Origin: Eledone cirrhosa
Taxonomy: Eukaryota
Length of the DNA: 64,000 bases
Assembly (NCBI GenBank): GCA_964016885.1
Contig: OZ024741.1
Location: 111,228,001-111,292,000, forward strand
Direction of reading: 5' to 3'
Shown: positions 13,020 through 25,402 of the stretch, piece by piece
Numbering within the stretch: position 1 is the first letter of the stretch
How the letters are laid out: each line of letters begins with the position of its first letter
The notes under the pieces: generated by a model
The model's database searches: none
Told to the model about the DNA's origin: nothing
The model's input: only the letters and a program-made list of their open reading frames with translations
Made by a program: the position numbers and the translations under genes

Positions 13020-14800
13020 TATACAATGCTTACAGAACGAAAGCACAAACAAATATAATATAAAGGAAAGGGTGAGGCAAAACAGAAAAAAAAAGAAAGG
13101 GGACCACGTACAACAAAAGGCAGGCAAAAGGGGTGGATAACTGAGCTGCTACCAGAGCAAAAGATAGCAGTATCGTGAGGAACAGTGGGAAACTTCTCTA
13201 ATGATTTTTTAGGCAAGCCAGAATGCTAGCAGTGTTACCTCGGGTGATGGCCAGGCTGATGCACTGGAACAACCAAGCGCCCTCGCGGGATTCACCAGTT
13301 ACTTCGCTGTTAGGCGAGCCGCCAATGAAGATAGGAATCTCACAGTCAGTAGCACGATTCCCCCAAATGCCTCGAACACCACAGGCTGGAAAATGTAGTT
13401 GGCCGACAGATCACAGTATTTTAGGATTTTGTTCCATTCGGCTGCGGAAGCTGTGGCTCTCGCTCTAACAGCAGCATCCAGGATGTAGGGAGAAGCAAAA
13501 GAGTCACTAACTGCGACGTCCCAGACAAGGCATCTGCCTTTTGACCAGGGACACAGGGTAAGGTCGTCAGGTCTTTCTCCATCGCTTCTGGACAACCCAG
13601 ATGTTTCCAAGCTCTCCTGAGAATAAGGTTTAGCTCTGTGTGATGCGTGAAGTGACCAGCATTCAGGCGGCAAGAAAGACTGTGAAGTCGAGGAGTTTGT
13701 CACATCAACACCTCAAACCCGTATAGATATCAGCTCCCACTCTGAGGGCAATGGAGACTCGAAGTTCGTTCAAGCTGAGTAGACCACCAACGTTAGCCAT
13801 GCGTAGGGCATCAACCCACTCACCTGAGTGTTTGGCGCTGGCAGACAGTAAGCAGCACTTTGAAAACTGATGCTGTCGTAAACAGGTCAATTGTCTGTTG
13901 ATGTTGAGAAACCGGGAGGTTGAGGATCCAGAGCTCACATTTGGAGCTATTGACCTGGAGATCCCGATGGCCAATCTCCTCAACCATTTTGTTAGCAGTG
14001 GCGAGAACCTTATCCGGAGGTACCCCCAAACAAGCGTTGTCGAGATACCAGACCTTAAGGTCTAACTTACCCTGATCTTGGTGATGTCATCAATGCCCAG
14101 TGCAAACAGAGCGGGCCCGAGTGGGTCATCCTGTTGGACTCCTGAGGTAGATGTGATGATTTGATCACCAAAAGAGAGGTAGGAGGGGTCCCGATAAGCC
14201 TGCCAAGCAAGTGGTAGAGGTGTGGGACACTCTCTTACTGAGCTGAAGACAACATTGTGGCTGACAGTTAAAAGCATTCTTGAGGTCAAGTTTGAGGATG
14301 GCCTTGAGGGACAAGGAGGGCAAGTTGGTAAAGGCTCTGGTAGCGTGGGCAGCAACCTCACATCCCAACTTGATACCCACCCTTAGCTGGAAGGGGGAAA
14401 ATTCCTCCACCAGTGAATCAGAGACCGATAGCAAACACACCTTTGCAGTGAGACGGCGAAGGGTGCAACCAACTGCAATGGGGTGCAGGTCTCCATTGGG
14501 TTTAGTGAGAACGAATAATTTTGCACCGAAGAACAGTAGGCGGATATAGGGGAGAACGTTCACTGAAGAGAACTGATTCAGGCTCTCCAAGAGCTCGAGT
14601 CTGGCGTCACCGGCCGATAAGGAGATACCATCCTTGAAATGTTGAAGTCAAAGGCTGTCAATCCCCGCGCCTGAACCAGCAGGGAAGGATGAAATCGCCT
14701 TTCTGATGTTATCAGTGGTGTAAACCGGTCTCAAGTATTCTGATGGTTCAGGCCAGTGTAACTGATCCTCTGGGATGCCGATGGGTGCTTCTCTTTCAGT
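13020..14800 (-). mobile_element. CRE-like non-LTR retrotransposon, degenerate
   Basis: KPNGDLHPIAVGCTLRRL..QL.VG..GCE..KLDLKNAFN; GVQQDDPLGPALF; RSDGERPD..LVWDVAV..KY..FQPVVFEAFG. Boundaries approximate. Confidence 0.82.
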
Positions 14801-15271
14801 CGTTCAAGAGAATCACAGTTATACAGAGCGAGGGAGGACAGAGAAGAGATGAGATGGACAGTCCCTTTAATGTCAAATTCGCTGAATTTGACATTAACCG
14901 CACACTTGAGGTTTATTGGTTGTAAATGGTAAAATCCGTTTGAATGTCCCTGGGAGTTAAGTGATCCAAAGGCATGGTAAAATCCACAGTTCTATGACAA
15001 ATACATTCAAGATGCCTCAAACAAAGCACCCGCTGATGCGAAACAAGGGAAAGTTGAAAATTTTAACGTCGTTTAGTGTTGAAAAAGATTTTCCAATCAC
15101 AATGTGCACACACTCACATACACATATATATATATATGCACTTACACATATATATATATATACATGCATATGCATTAATGAACATGTATTTTACTTTAAA
15201 CACAGAGGGATACCGGTAAATGATAATAACGATATTTAGATATAAATGTACATATCTCTATCTTTAATTGC

Positions 15272-16200
15272 AGGTCTTCTGTCAGGCGGATCAAGTCTGG
15301 CTTGGACCAACACCACTTTGCCTGCCTCCGCTCCGCTTCTCAGCCGAACAACGGCACGTGGCTCAATTCAGTGCCCTCCTCATCAACTGGTACCCTACTT
15401 AATGATGAGTGCATTTTCATCGGAGTAGCCCAACACCTTGGCCTCCGTGTATGTGAGCCACATAAATGCTGCTGCGGGGCGGTTGTTGACAAGTTTGGCT
15501 TCAATCCTCTGTTTTGCCGCCAGAGTGCAGGCCGGTTCCCCCGACACGCCACTCTCAATAAGATATTGAAAAGAAGCCTAGACGCAGTTGGCATTCCATC
15601 TCAACTGGAGCCAGCAGGCTTAGACCGTGGAGATGGCAAGCACCCCGATGGAATCACCCTCTTTCCATTTGAAGGAGGTAGATTCATCATCTCGGACACC
15701 ACCTGCTGCCATACATTCTCTGCATCCAACTTAGTCGCTTAAAATAAAATACCAGGGTTTCTCCGGCCGCTTCCACTTCGCATCGGTCGAGAACTTTGGC
15801 ATACTTGGAGTCCATACTTCCAAACTCCTCCACAAGATCGGAGCATCGGCAGCCCATCTGAGGAAGGAGCCCTGCGAGGTTGGGTGGCTGTTGCAGCAGG
15901 TGTCACTGGCCATCGTTCGGGGGAATATTTTCGCCGTCTTGCCCTGGGCCCAAAGCCAAATCACCCTTTCCCCTCACCCCCCTCTCTTCTGCGACACCAG
16001 ACCTCTTGCCATCCCCTCCCTTTTCTGTTCTTTTTCTTCTTTCTTTCTCTCTCTTTTTTTCTATATTTACCTATTCTTTCTTTCCTTTTGTTTACCCTTT
16101 TTTCTTTTTCCTTTCCTTTTTTTCTCTTTCTATCTGTAATTTTATATTGACAATTATGCCTTAATAAAATCAATAACCGTCTTAAAATAATTGTTTAATT
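15272..16200 (+). mobile_element. CRE-like element 3' fragment
   Basis: CCCGAVVDKFG..C..RHATLN..LEPAGLDRGDGKHPDG..QVSLAIVRGN; pyrimidine-rich 3' UTR with AATAAA. Confidence 0.82.
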
Positions 16201-16489
16201 ACTTTATTAATTATGTTATTTAAATGAAATGCTGCATTTTTTCCCTGTGGCATTATTTAAAGTGAACCAACTAAATATCGCAAAGTATTTTGTCTGGTGT
16301 TGTTTCTGCTGCTTCAATACTTTTGGTTTCGTGTGTAATTTCCATGAACGATGAAGTATTTTACAAAGTGAAGTTGCAATGATCCTGTCTATTGATCCGA
16401 AAAAGGCCACAAAAGCATTCCCACACACAATGGCCAGCAACACCCGGTGCAACAGCCCCCAAATCTTTCCCCGGTTTCTGATTTAAGCT

Positions 16490-16682
16490 CAAGGCCAACA
16501 ATTTTGAGGAAAGAGAAAGTCGAATTAATCGTTCCAGTACGTTACTGGTATTTTATTTCATCAACCTCATAAGGATGAAAGGTAAAGCTAACCTAGGTGG
16601 GATTTGAACTTAGATCATAAAGGGACGCAACTATATGCTGCAAAGCATGGTGACCCACGCTCTACCAATACTGTCAATCCAC
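16490..16682 (-). mobile_element. SINE family A
   Basis: Reverse complement of the core (CTGGTATTTTATTT..GGATGAAAGG) and B box (GGATTTGAACT). Confidence 0.75.
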
Positions 16683-17411
16683 ATGCGGTCCCTAAATAAA
16701 CTACTAAACTCCTGTCACACAGCAGCCTTGTGGAAATATCAAAGGCGGTGGAAAGGGTCACATGGTGTTATGGTCTGTCGCATAATTTGGCGTCGGTGAA
16801 TGTTGACTGTTGTTAAAATCCTTGTAGTGGGGGTCCAACAAGCGCTTTTTAGTTTTAGGATTGTTAGAATTTTTTAATTCAATACTTATATGTATAATGT
16901 TTCAATTCCAATTACTGGCGCCAAACTAAACTTGATATGTAAAATTGGGGTGGTTTGTTGTGTATTTAATTTTTAGTGTATGCCCCCGGGCCCTCCAAGG
17001 TTTAAATTCAAATGTCGAAACCTAGGTTCGTCAGTTGGCCAAACTGTAAGTTGAATTAATTTTATTTGAGAGAATGGGGTGTATAACTGGGATAAGAGGG
17101 TGCACATTGTGGAGTTCACCTGGGGTGATAAATACCCAGATACACATTTTAGGGCTAGCCACCTAGGCTGCTAAATACTTGGTGTTTGTACTTGATTCTG
17201 TGGATTATCAAAGAATTTTTTGGATTTTGAGATTGCGTGTTAAATCTGAAACAATTACATCATGGGTAAAGTATAGTCATTAGTGAAATTGTGTGGCTGT
17301 CTATAGTGCTATATATATATATATATAAAGAGTACCTTACTTACTGTGGTTATACCCGATTGAACCCGGGATACACACACATATCTATATATATATACAA
17401 AATTTGGAGCA

Positions 17412-17906
17412 CACAGGACAACGACAATTGAAAATAACCGGCACAACAGACAGTCCCATCTCCTCAGTCAACTTCTGGAAATCACTGGTTTCGGTGCATT
17501 AAGGTCAATACCATCATTCCAGTGCACATTGGGACATAATAAAACAGGCAGAGACAAGTTATAACTTTAGGCAAATTACATAAATATAGTGTGTGCAAGA
17601 GTTTAGCCAAAGGAGAGAAATAGAAAAACAATAGAATAAGGACTGTAGTCCAATATGACATTGAAGCGTAGAAAAGGTAAGAAGGGAGAACAGAGGAAAA
17701 CAAACCATGCGGTGTGATGTCTATTATATGATAGTTTCAAAGCCCACATGATTAATTCTTTAGAATATAAATTCAAAATAGGGAATGCACAGGACAAAAA
17801 CAATGGAAAAAAATGGAACGAAGGGCAGTCCCATCACCTCAGTCAACCCCTGCAAATCACTATGGTTTGGGTGCATTAAGGTTGATAGCATCATTCCAGT
17901 GCACAT
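17412..17906. repeat. Two diverged ~118-bp direct repeats (period ~377 bp) between (TA)n runs
   Basis: 17412-17529 and 17788-17906 share CACAGGACA..CAGTCCCATC.CCTCAGTCAAC..GTGCATTAAGGT..CATCATTCCAGTGCACAT. Confidence 0.85.
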
Positions 17907-18084
17907 ATATATATATATAAGACAAATGTCATATTACTGCAGGTGTGTGCAACCCACCAAATATTGTTGACGGAAAATTCTTAAATTTTCAAAAAAATGT
18001 TATATACTTTGCTCGTTTATTTTAATTACATGAAACATAAGATATGTACAATATAATAATTGTTTCTACTTTTGGTGAAAATTT

Positions 18085-19083
18085 TGAAAGACAGCAATCA
18101 CTGCATCTGATTCCTCTTATGCCCAGTTTCTCTCTCAGTTCATTTACATCTTGCCGTTCATGTATATTACTATTACACATCCATCAGAACATGCAAGCTT
18201 CATTTCTTTCCAATCTTTGTAGGTCCTCTGTATCCAATCTCCAGGTCTTACTTCCATACAGCATTGCTGTTTGTACACAGGCATCATACAATCTACCTTT
18301 CATTTTGCAGGAAAAACCTGTAGTAGCTCCCTGAACTTTTTCCATCCTATTCTCAGTCTGGCTACTGTACTTTCAGAACAACCACCTCCACTGCTAATTT
18401 GGTCAACCAGGTAACAGAATCTATCAACTCATTCTACAGAGCATTTGATAGAGCTTGTTTCTTCTGGGCTCATGCTGCTTTCTGCTCCTGTGCAACAACC
18501 ACATATAAAATTACATTCTTTCCTAGTCTGCCTGACATCGCACTACATCTCTTGTGTGCCTATAGTTTACATTTGGGACATAGGATTGAATTTTTACCCA
18601 CTCCTTTCCTTGCATACTGAGCAAGACAATTTCCCTGAAAGGATCAGGACTTTGTTTCCCTTTCTATTTACTAGGACTTTAGTCTTTGCCAAGTTGACTA
18701 AGATTTTTTGATTCCAAGTTATGCTTCTAGGAGATTACATAGGCAGCCTGTTTTAAACTTTTCAGTGATAGCTTGGAGGATGATAATAAACAGGAGATGG
18801 CTATGAACAGATCCCTGGTAGACCCCCCCCCCCCCCCACATGCAGGCTAAACTCCTCACTATAATCATTGTTAATTCTAATTTTTCTGACTACTCCACTG
18901 TATATGACTTTTACTGCCCTCACAAGCCACTCATCTACTCCTAGTTTCTTAAGAGCCCACCAGATTATGGAATGGAGGACTCTCTGAAATGCTTTCTCCA
19001 GGTCAACAAATGCCAAGTAGAGGAGCTTACTTTTAGCTAGCTACTTCTACAGTTGTCTCACAAGAAAGAGGATAGCAGTGGTA
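18085..19083 (-). mobile_element. Old RTE LINE fragment
   Basis: [26 protein letters not shown]; SGKLSC..CPKC; LERNEACM. Confidence 0.85.
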
Positions 19084-19141
19084 CGAATCTGTGTTTAATA
19101 GGATGATTAATGCCATTCTATTTATCTTCTTTTTCAGTAAC

Positions 19142-19369
19142 ATGGGGAATCTTATGCAACGTATAACTAAAAGAAATAAATCAAAACAATCCCGTTCAGA
19201 CAAGTTTCATTTAATTAGCACTTACGAGGAAATGCTACCTATGAACCAAAATGTCCAAGGCATGGGTAGTAGACAGCTTGGAGAATTGAAAGACTATGAG
19301 TACCCCTTTGAGAATTTGGTATTTGAGGGTGGAGGAAGCAAAGGTATGTCATATTGCGGCTGCTTAAAG
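19142..19369 (+). CDS. Patatin-like phospholipase (ExoU/VipD-like), coding exon 1
   Basis: ttttcag|taacATG, MGNLMQR...YPFENLVFEGGGSKGMSYCGCLK|gtgaga. Contains the oxyanion-hole motif GGGxKG; 228 nt, phase 0. The acceptor before the ATG implies an unseen 5' UTR exon. Confidence 0.88.
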
Positions 19370-19794
19370 GTGAGATTTTTTGTATTGTCATAAACTACAT
19401 ATATTTATATTTGACTAAAGTCTTACATTATATACATCATCATTATCATAATCTTGTGTTCACTTTCTATGTTAGCATAGTTTGGATAGGACATCATAGT
19501 TTAAACTAGTTCTTATTTGGAGTGTTTGTGATAGACAGCTACATGCTCATTTTTGGTAAACTGATTGAATAGTAAAAAAAACAAAACAGTATAAATGGTG
19601 TTATGTGAGGGTAGGAAGTAGGATGGAAATAGGTGTAATAGAAGTGAGAGAGAGTGGCGGATGTCAACATCAAGTGATAGAGAAGAGAGTAGTGTGAGAG
19701 AGAGAGAGCATGTGATGCATAGTATTAAAGGTTGATTAACAGTAGTACTAACATAACATTATTCGCAATAAGGTGTATATGACACCATACATCA

Positions 19795-20190
19795 TCATCA
19801 TTATTCACTTTATCCAGCAATGGGTCGTGTCCTTTGTAAAATATTTTGTTCTCTCCAGCTATCCAAAACATGCTCCTGTGTCAATCCCATTCTTGACAGA
19901 TATTCTTTTATGTTATGATTCCAATGTTTTCTGGTCCTTCCAACAGGTCTTCTGCCATATATTTCCATCTTCCATGCTTGTTTGACTGGGTTATTTTTAC
20001 TCATCTTGATAATATGCCCAAACTACCTTAATCACATCATTCGAATCCTCTTAATTATAGGGTCTACATCCATTTCTTTTCTAATATCTTCACCTCTAGT
20101 ATGATCCAACAAGGCAACTCCTTTTATTCTCCAAAGTATTCTCATTTCAGTGACTTCCAAGATGTTTTCCACCTTTGTTTTTAAAGTCCC
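19795..20190 (-). mobile_element. RTE-group LINE 3' remnant
   Basis: LEVTEMRILWRIKGV..D..R..IRKEMDV..W.G..GRRPVGRTRKHW; short (ATG)n tail. Confidence 0.65.
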
Positions 20191-21091
20191 TGTAGACAGA
20201 AACTGTGTGGAAGGAGATTGGGGAAACAGTACCTGTAATTCAAAAGTCCACCCTATTGCATTGTGTCAGGCTGATTCTGTTTGAGAGTTATGTTAATGAT
20301 ACATATGTCTGTGGAATACTCAACCACTAATATGTTAATTTAACAATATACCAATTAGTTCAAGCAAGTGAACGCTTATTGTTGAAATTGATGGAGGGTC
20401 TATCATTTTGATAGAGAGCATTACACAGAGAAGTAGAGTGATAGGTAGGAAATAGTAGAGGAGATTTAAAATGGACAGAACTAATGCTATCCCTTATTAC
20501 ACAGTCTGTATGGTACAGTGATAAAATAGAGGAGATTTAAAATGGACAGATCTAATGCTGTACTTATTACACAATCTGTATGGTACAGTGATAGGAGAGG
20601 TGGTGACTGATAGGTAAGGTAAAGGCTTATAACTCTTGATGGAGTTGTAGGGGCACTGTCCTGACACATAGTGTTTCTTGGGCATTTTAAACCTGGCGGA
20701 ACATATCTTTCCAGGGCAGAACACAACTGTTTTCTTCCAAAGAAAGAGACAGAAGAAGAACCAATCCCATATTGGACTGGTAATTTATTTATGATTTTGG
20801 AAAGATGAAAGGCAAGTTGACTTTAGCAAGGTTTGAACTCAGAGCACAGTGAGTTGGAACAAATATCGAAGCATTTTTAATTCACTGCATTAACTACTCT
20901 GCTATTTCAGCACCTTGGTGAGTGATAGATAAGAGAGTAACAGACAGAGGGTACTTAAGATGAACATTCAGTATTTTACCTATTCTTGAATGTAAAATGA
21001 AAACGAGGAAAAAACATCCTCAATGTTGATGAATATGTTTACCCTACACATTTTTTATAATTGAATACTGTTTTCTTGCTTTATTTGAAAG

Positions 21092-21239
21092 GTACTAGAA
21101 AAACTTGGTGTCCTAAATAACACTAAAAGACTGGCTGGTGCTAGTACTGGGGCAATGGTAGCAGCATTAGTCAGTGTGGGTGTTTCAAGCAATGAACTTT
21201 TGAACTATTTAAGTCAAGACATTGGAAAGGTGATGCTTG
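21092..21239 (+). CDS. Patatin-like phospholipase, exon 2 (catalytic Ser)
   Basis: ttgaaag|VLEKLGVLNNTKRLAGASTGAMVAALVSVG..DIGKVML|gtaagt. GxSxG = GASTG; 148 nt, ends phase 1. Confidence 0.9.
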
Positions 21240-21248
21240 GTAAGTAAT

Positions 21249-21794
21249 ACTGTAATATTTTGGTAGGAAGGTGTGGCTATATCATATAGTACTGTAATAT
21301 TTTGGTGGGAAGGTGTGGCTATATCATATAGTACTGTAATATTTTGGAGGGAAAGTGTGGCTATATCATATGGTACTGTAATATTTTGGAGGGAAAGTGT
21401 GGCTATATCATATAGTACTGTAATATTTTAGTGGGAAGGTGTGGCTATATCATATAGTACTGTAATATTTTAGTGGGAAGGTGTGGCTATATCATATAGT
21501 ACTGTAATATTTTGGTGGGAAGGTGTGGCTATATCATATAGTACTGTAATATTTTGGTGGGAAGGTGTGGCTATATCATATAGTACTGTAATATTTTGGT
21601 AGGAAGGTGTGGCTATATCATATGGTACTGTAATATTTTAGTGGGAAGGTGTGGCTATATCATATAGTACTGTAATATTTTGGTGGGAAGGTGTGGTTAT
21701 ATCATATGGTACTGTAACATTTTGGTGGGAAGGTGTGGCTATATCATATAGTACTGTAATAGTTTGGTGGGAAGGTGTGGCTATATCATATGGC
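21249..21794. repeat. 42-bp minisatellite, left part (~13 units)
   Basis: Unit ACTGTAATATTTTGGTGGGAAGGTGTGGCTATATCATATAGT; begins 9 nt after the exon 2 donor GT. Confidence 0.95.
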
Positions 21795-21867
21795 CAAGGG
21801 CCTTGTTTCAGAGGGGTATCAGGGGACAAGTCCCCCACCCCAACGTTTTCAAGAACGGGTGTGGGGT

Positions 21868-21898
<31 letters not shown>

Positions 21899-24848
21899 GG
21901 GGACCAGCTTTTGCCCCCCCCCCCTACCTTTTACCAATTAAAAAACAAAGTTTAAGTGGCCCACAAGCCAGCCGAGGAAAAAATACGAGGGTGTACTTTA
22001 AATTAATTTAAAAGAAGTCAAGAAAATAAATAAATGAAGCTTGTCAACGAATTCCCTAAGGAGATAAAAGAAAAACGAAAGAAATCAAAGAAAATAAAAA
22101 TAAGAACATCGACTATGACAACAGTTACAAGAACAACTTCAACAGAAGCGACAAGAAAAAGACGCAACGGTGATGAAGGGTGTGGGTGTATACTTATACA
22201 TACATACAAACATACACACGCATGCCAACGTATATACATACACACATACATACATCATACATACATACACAAATATACACACACAGGCCGGTTGCGTTGG
22301 TGTTTGATGAGGTTTAAAAGCTAGTTAGCTTTTAGGTAGAGCTGTGGTATTTAATCTCCCTAGGTAATAAAATCTGGAGGCAAAATTCTCTCCTTACCAA
22401 AAAAATATAAATCATGTCAACATCCTTATAGGCACATATACACACACTTAAATATAAATGCATGCATATATACAAATATATAAATGTATAGCTATATACA
22501 TACGTAAATGTATGTATGTATATATGATGGAGATTTATATATATATCATCATCATCATCATCATCACCGTTTTACGTCCGTTCTTCCACGCTAGCATGGG
22601 TTAGACGGGTTGTCCTGTTGTGGGCAGTGTCTGGTCGGCTGACCATGCCTTGCTCATACAGGAACTGATCTGGCTTGATTTCTACAGCTGGATGCCCTTC
22701 CTAACACCAACCTCATTTACAGTGAGTGCTGGGTGCTTTTTCGTGGCGCCTACACGTCCACTTTACAGTGTGGGCTGGGTGCTTTTTTGCCGTGGCACCT
22801 CCACGACCACCTTGCGGTGGGGGGGGGGGGGCATATTGTTTATATGCTTCAGCATGTACCCATGGGAGGTCGGGTACCCTGTATTACTGCGTGACGCCAG
22901 AAGTCACGGTCGTGTGTCATTGACTTTGAGAGGTGTATATATATATATATATATATATATTATACACAGATGCACACACACACATATATAGATGTAAAAG
23001 GTAAACAGAAATAACACAATTGGTACAGTATATGGAAGGAATATATTAGGTTAACGCTATGTGCAGTGTGACAAGAAGCTTGCTTCCCAATCACATGTTT
23101 CCGGGTTCAGTTCCACTGCCCGGGCTGACCAAAGCCCTGTGAGTGGATTTGATAGACCGAAACTTGTTGATGTCCCCGTAACTTACCAAGGCAATGCTCC
23201 AGCATGGGCATAGTCCAAAGACAGAAAAAAGTAAAGTATGTGTGTGTGTGTAGAAGAGGGGTTTCAAACTCAAGGACACAAAAGGGCCATTACGTCCTGG
23301 AGGAGAGGCACAGTGGGCCAAACATGGTGGTGGGTGATAATTTTCACCAGTTATAATCATTTCTACTATAGGCACAAGGCATGAAATTTGGGGTCTAGGA
23401 TTCAGTCGATTACATCGATCTCAGTACACAACTGGTACTTAATTTATCAACCCCAAAAGGATGAAAGCAAAGTTGAGATCGGCGGAATTTGAACTCAGAA
23501 CGTAAAAATGGAAGAAGTACCGCTAAGCATTTTGCCAGATTTGCTAACGATTCCACCAATTCGCCACCTTATTTTCACCTGTTATAATGCAATCTGAAAT
23601 ATTGGTTCTACCACAGGCCATAGAAAAGTAGTTCACGGGCTGCATGTTTCAGCCCTCTGTTAGAGATAGATAGATAGATAAACGTGTACCAAACACACAC
23701 ACACACACCTCCTACTCTCTCTGGCTCTCCCTCTTTCTCTCTTCATTTATATATATATATGGCGTTGTTATTTGACGTTGAAAAGCTGGTCACTTTGTAC
23801 CCGGAGCAGTGGTCTTTGACCTGGCAATAAAAACCGGAGACAAAATTCTTTCTGTACCAAAAACAAGGCACACACACACACACACAAGTTTGTGTGTGTG
23901 TATGTATGTATGTGTGTGCATGTATGTATGTGTGTGTATCTATGTATATATTTATAAGGGATACAGATATTTCTCCTTTGACAACAAATATCCTTTGATA
24001 TTTCTACCCAGACAACAAAAAGTTCCCAAAAGATACCAGGAAGGAAATGCATTAAAATATCAACACTGCACTGTTTTGGATCATTACAGAGTGCAGTATT
24101 TGCAGGTAGTAGATACTGCAATAGCAAATTTGAAAGATTTTTTTTCGCAGGATTTAGCAGAGTATGAAAAACTGAGCAGTATTTTACTCAATGGAAATGT
24201 TTGTACTGAAGTGATCATGCAGTATCCAGAGCTTGATGAACTTCCTTTAAGGAACGAAATACGTTTTTTATAGAAATCATCATAGTGGATCATCTCTCAA
24301 GGATTATCGTAAAATATTCGGTGAAATGCAACCAGAAGTCCGTTGCATGTTTCCAAATGTTGAGCGACTGCTCAGGCTACTTTTAATGTTTCCAACCAGT
24401 TCTTGTGAAACTGAAAGATCTTTTAGCGCTCTGCGGAGACTCAAAACTTGGCTGTGATTGACTATGACTCAGCAAAGGTTGAATCATATTCTAATATGCC
24501 ACGTTCATAGAGATGTTTTGAAAAAGATTAGTTGTGAAGAAGTTACTAAATTATTTATTGACAGCAATGATGCGAGATATGATACATTTGGAAAGTTCTA
24601 AAAGACAATAAATTTATTTTATTTTTTTTATTCAAACGTCTAGGTTTTATTTTTTGTTTATTTGATATAATAAATTCTTTTTAAGCTTATTTTTTTATAT
24701 CTGAACTTCATTTGAATATATAAAATTTAATTAGCTTAAAATTTTACTTATGTGATAGGGTTCAGGAAAGGTGCCGTAAGCAATATTAACATGCTCCAAC
24801 AAATGTTGGTTTTCCCCACTCACATTTTTAAGGCAAACGAGGCCGCTG
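21795..24848 (+). mobile_element. hAT DNA transposon (internally deleted, with nested SINEs)
   Basis: 8-bp TSD CATATGGC (21787-21794 and 24849-24856). Imperfect 14-bp TIRs CAAGGGCCTTGTTT / AAACGAGGCCGCTG. hAT C-terminal dimerisation remnant at about 24010-24600 (MFPNVERLLRLLL..SSCETERSFSALRRLKTWL..TMTQQRLN). Confidence 0.88.
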
Positions 24849-24856
24849 CATATGGC

Positions 24857-25322
24857 TATATCATATAGTACTGTAATATTTTGATGGGAAAGTGTGATTA
24901 TATCATATGGTACTGTAATATTTTGGTGGGAAGGTGTGGCTTTATCATATAGTACAGTAATATTTTGGTGAGAAGGTGTAGCTATATCATACAGTACTGT
25001 AATATTTTGGTGGGAAGGTGTGGCTATATCATATAGTACAGTAATATTTTGGTGAGAAGGTGTAGCTATATCATACAGTACTGTAATATTTTGGTGGGAA
25101 GGTGTGGCTATATCATATAGTACAGTAATATTTTGGTGAGAAGGTGTAGCTATATCATATAGTACTGTAATATTTTGGTGGGAAGGTGTGGCTATATCAT
25201 ATAGTACAGTAATATTTTGGTGGGAAAATGTGTTATATCATATAGCACTGTAATATTTTGGTGGGAAGGTGTCGCTATATCATATAATACTATAATATTT
25301 TGTTGGGAAGGTGTGGCTATAT
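24857..25322. repeat. 42-bp minisatellite, right part (~11 units)
   Basis: Same unit as 21249-21794. Confidence 0.95.
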
Positions 25323-25402
25323 ACACACTTTGATTACCTATACAGGCAATATTTATTAGAATGCACAGCCTTTGTGTATACATTTTTTGAGACACTCTGT
25401 AT

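Noticed and set aside
19341-19349. AAG|GTATGT as the exon 1 donor
   Set aside because: It would cut the GGGSKG motif and be out of phase with exon 2; the donor at 19370 keeps the frame.
20447-20595. ~72-bp tandem duplication in intron 1
   Set aside because: Ordinary two-copy local duplication with no further structure.
21249-25322. 42-bp array as a CRISPR array
   Set aside because: Units are contiguous with no unique spacers, there are no cas genes, and the context is a eukaryotic intron.
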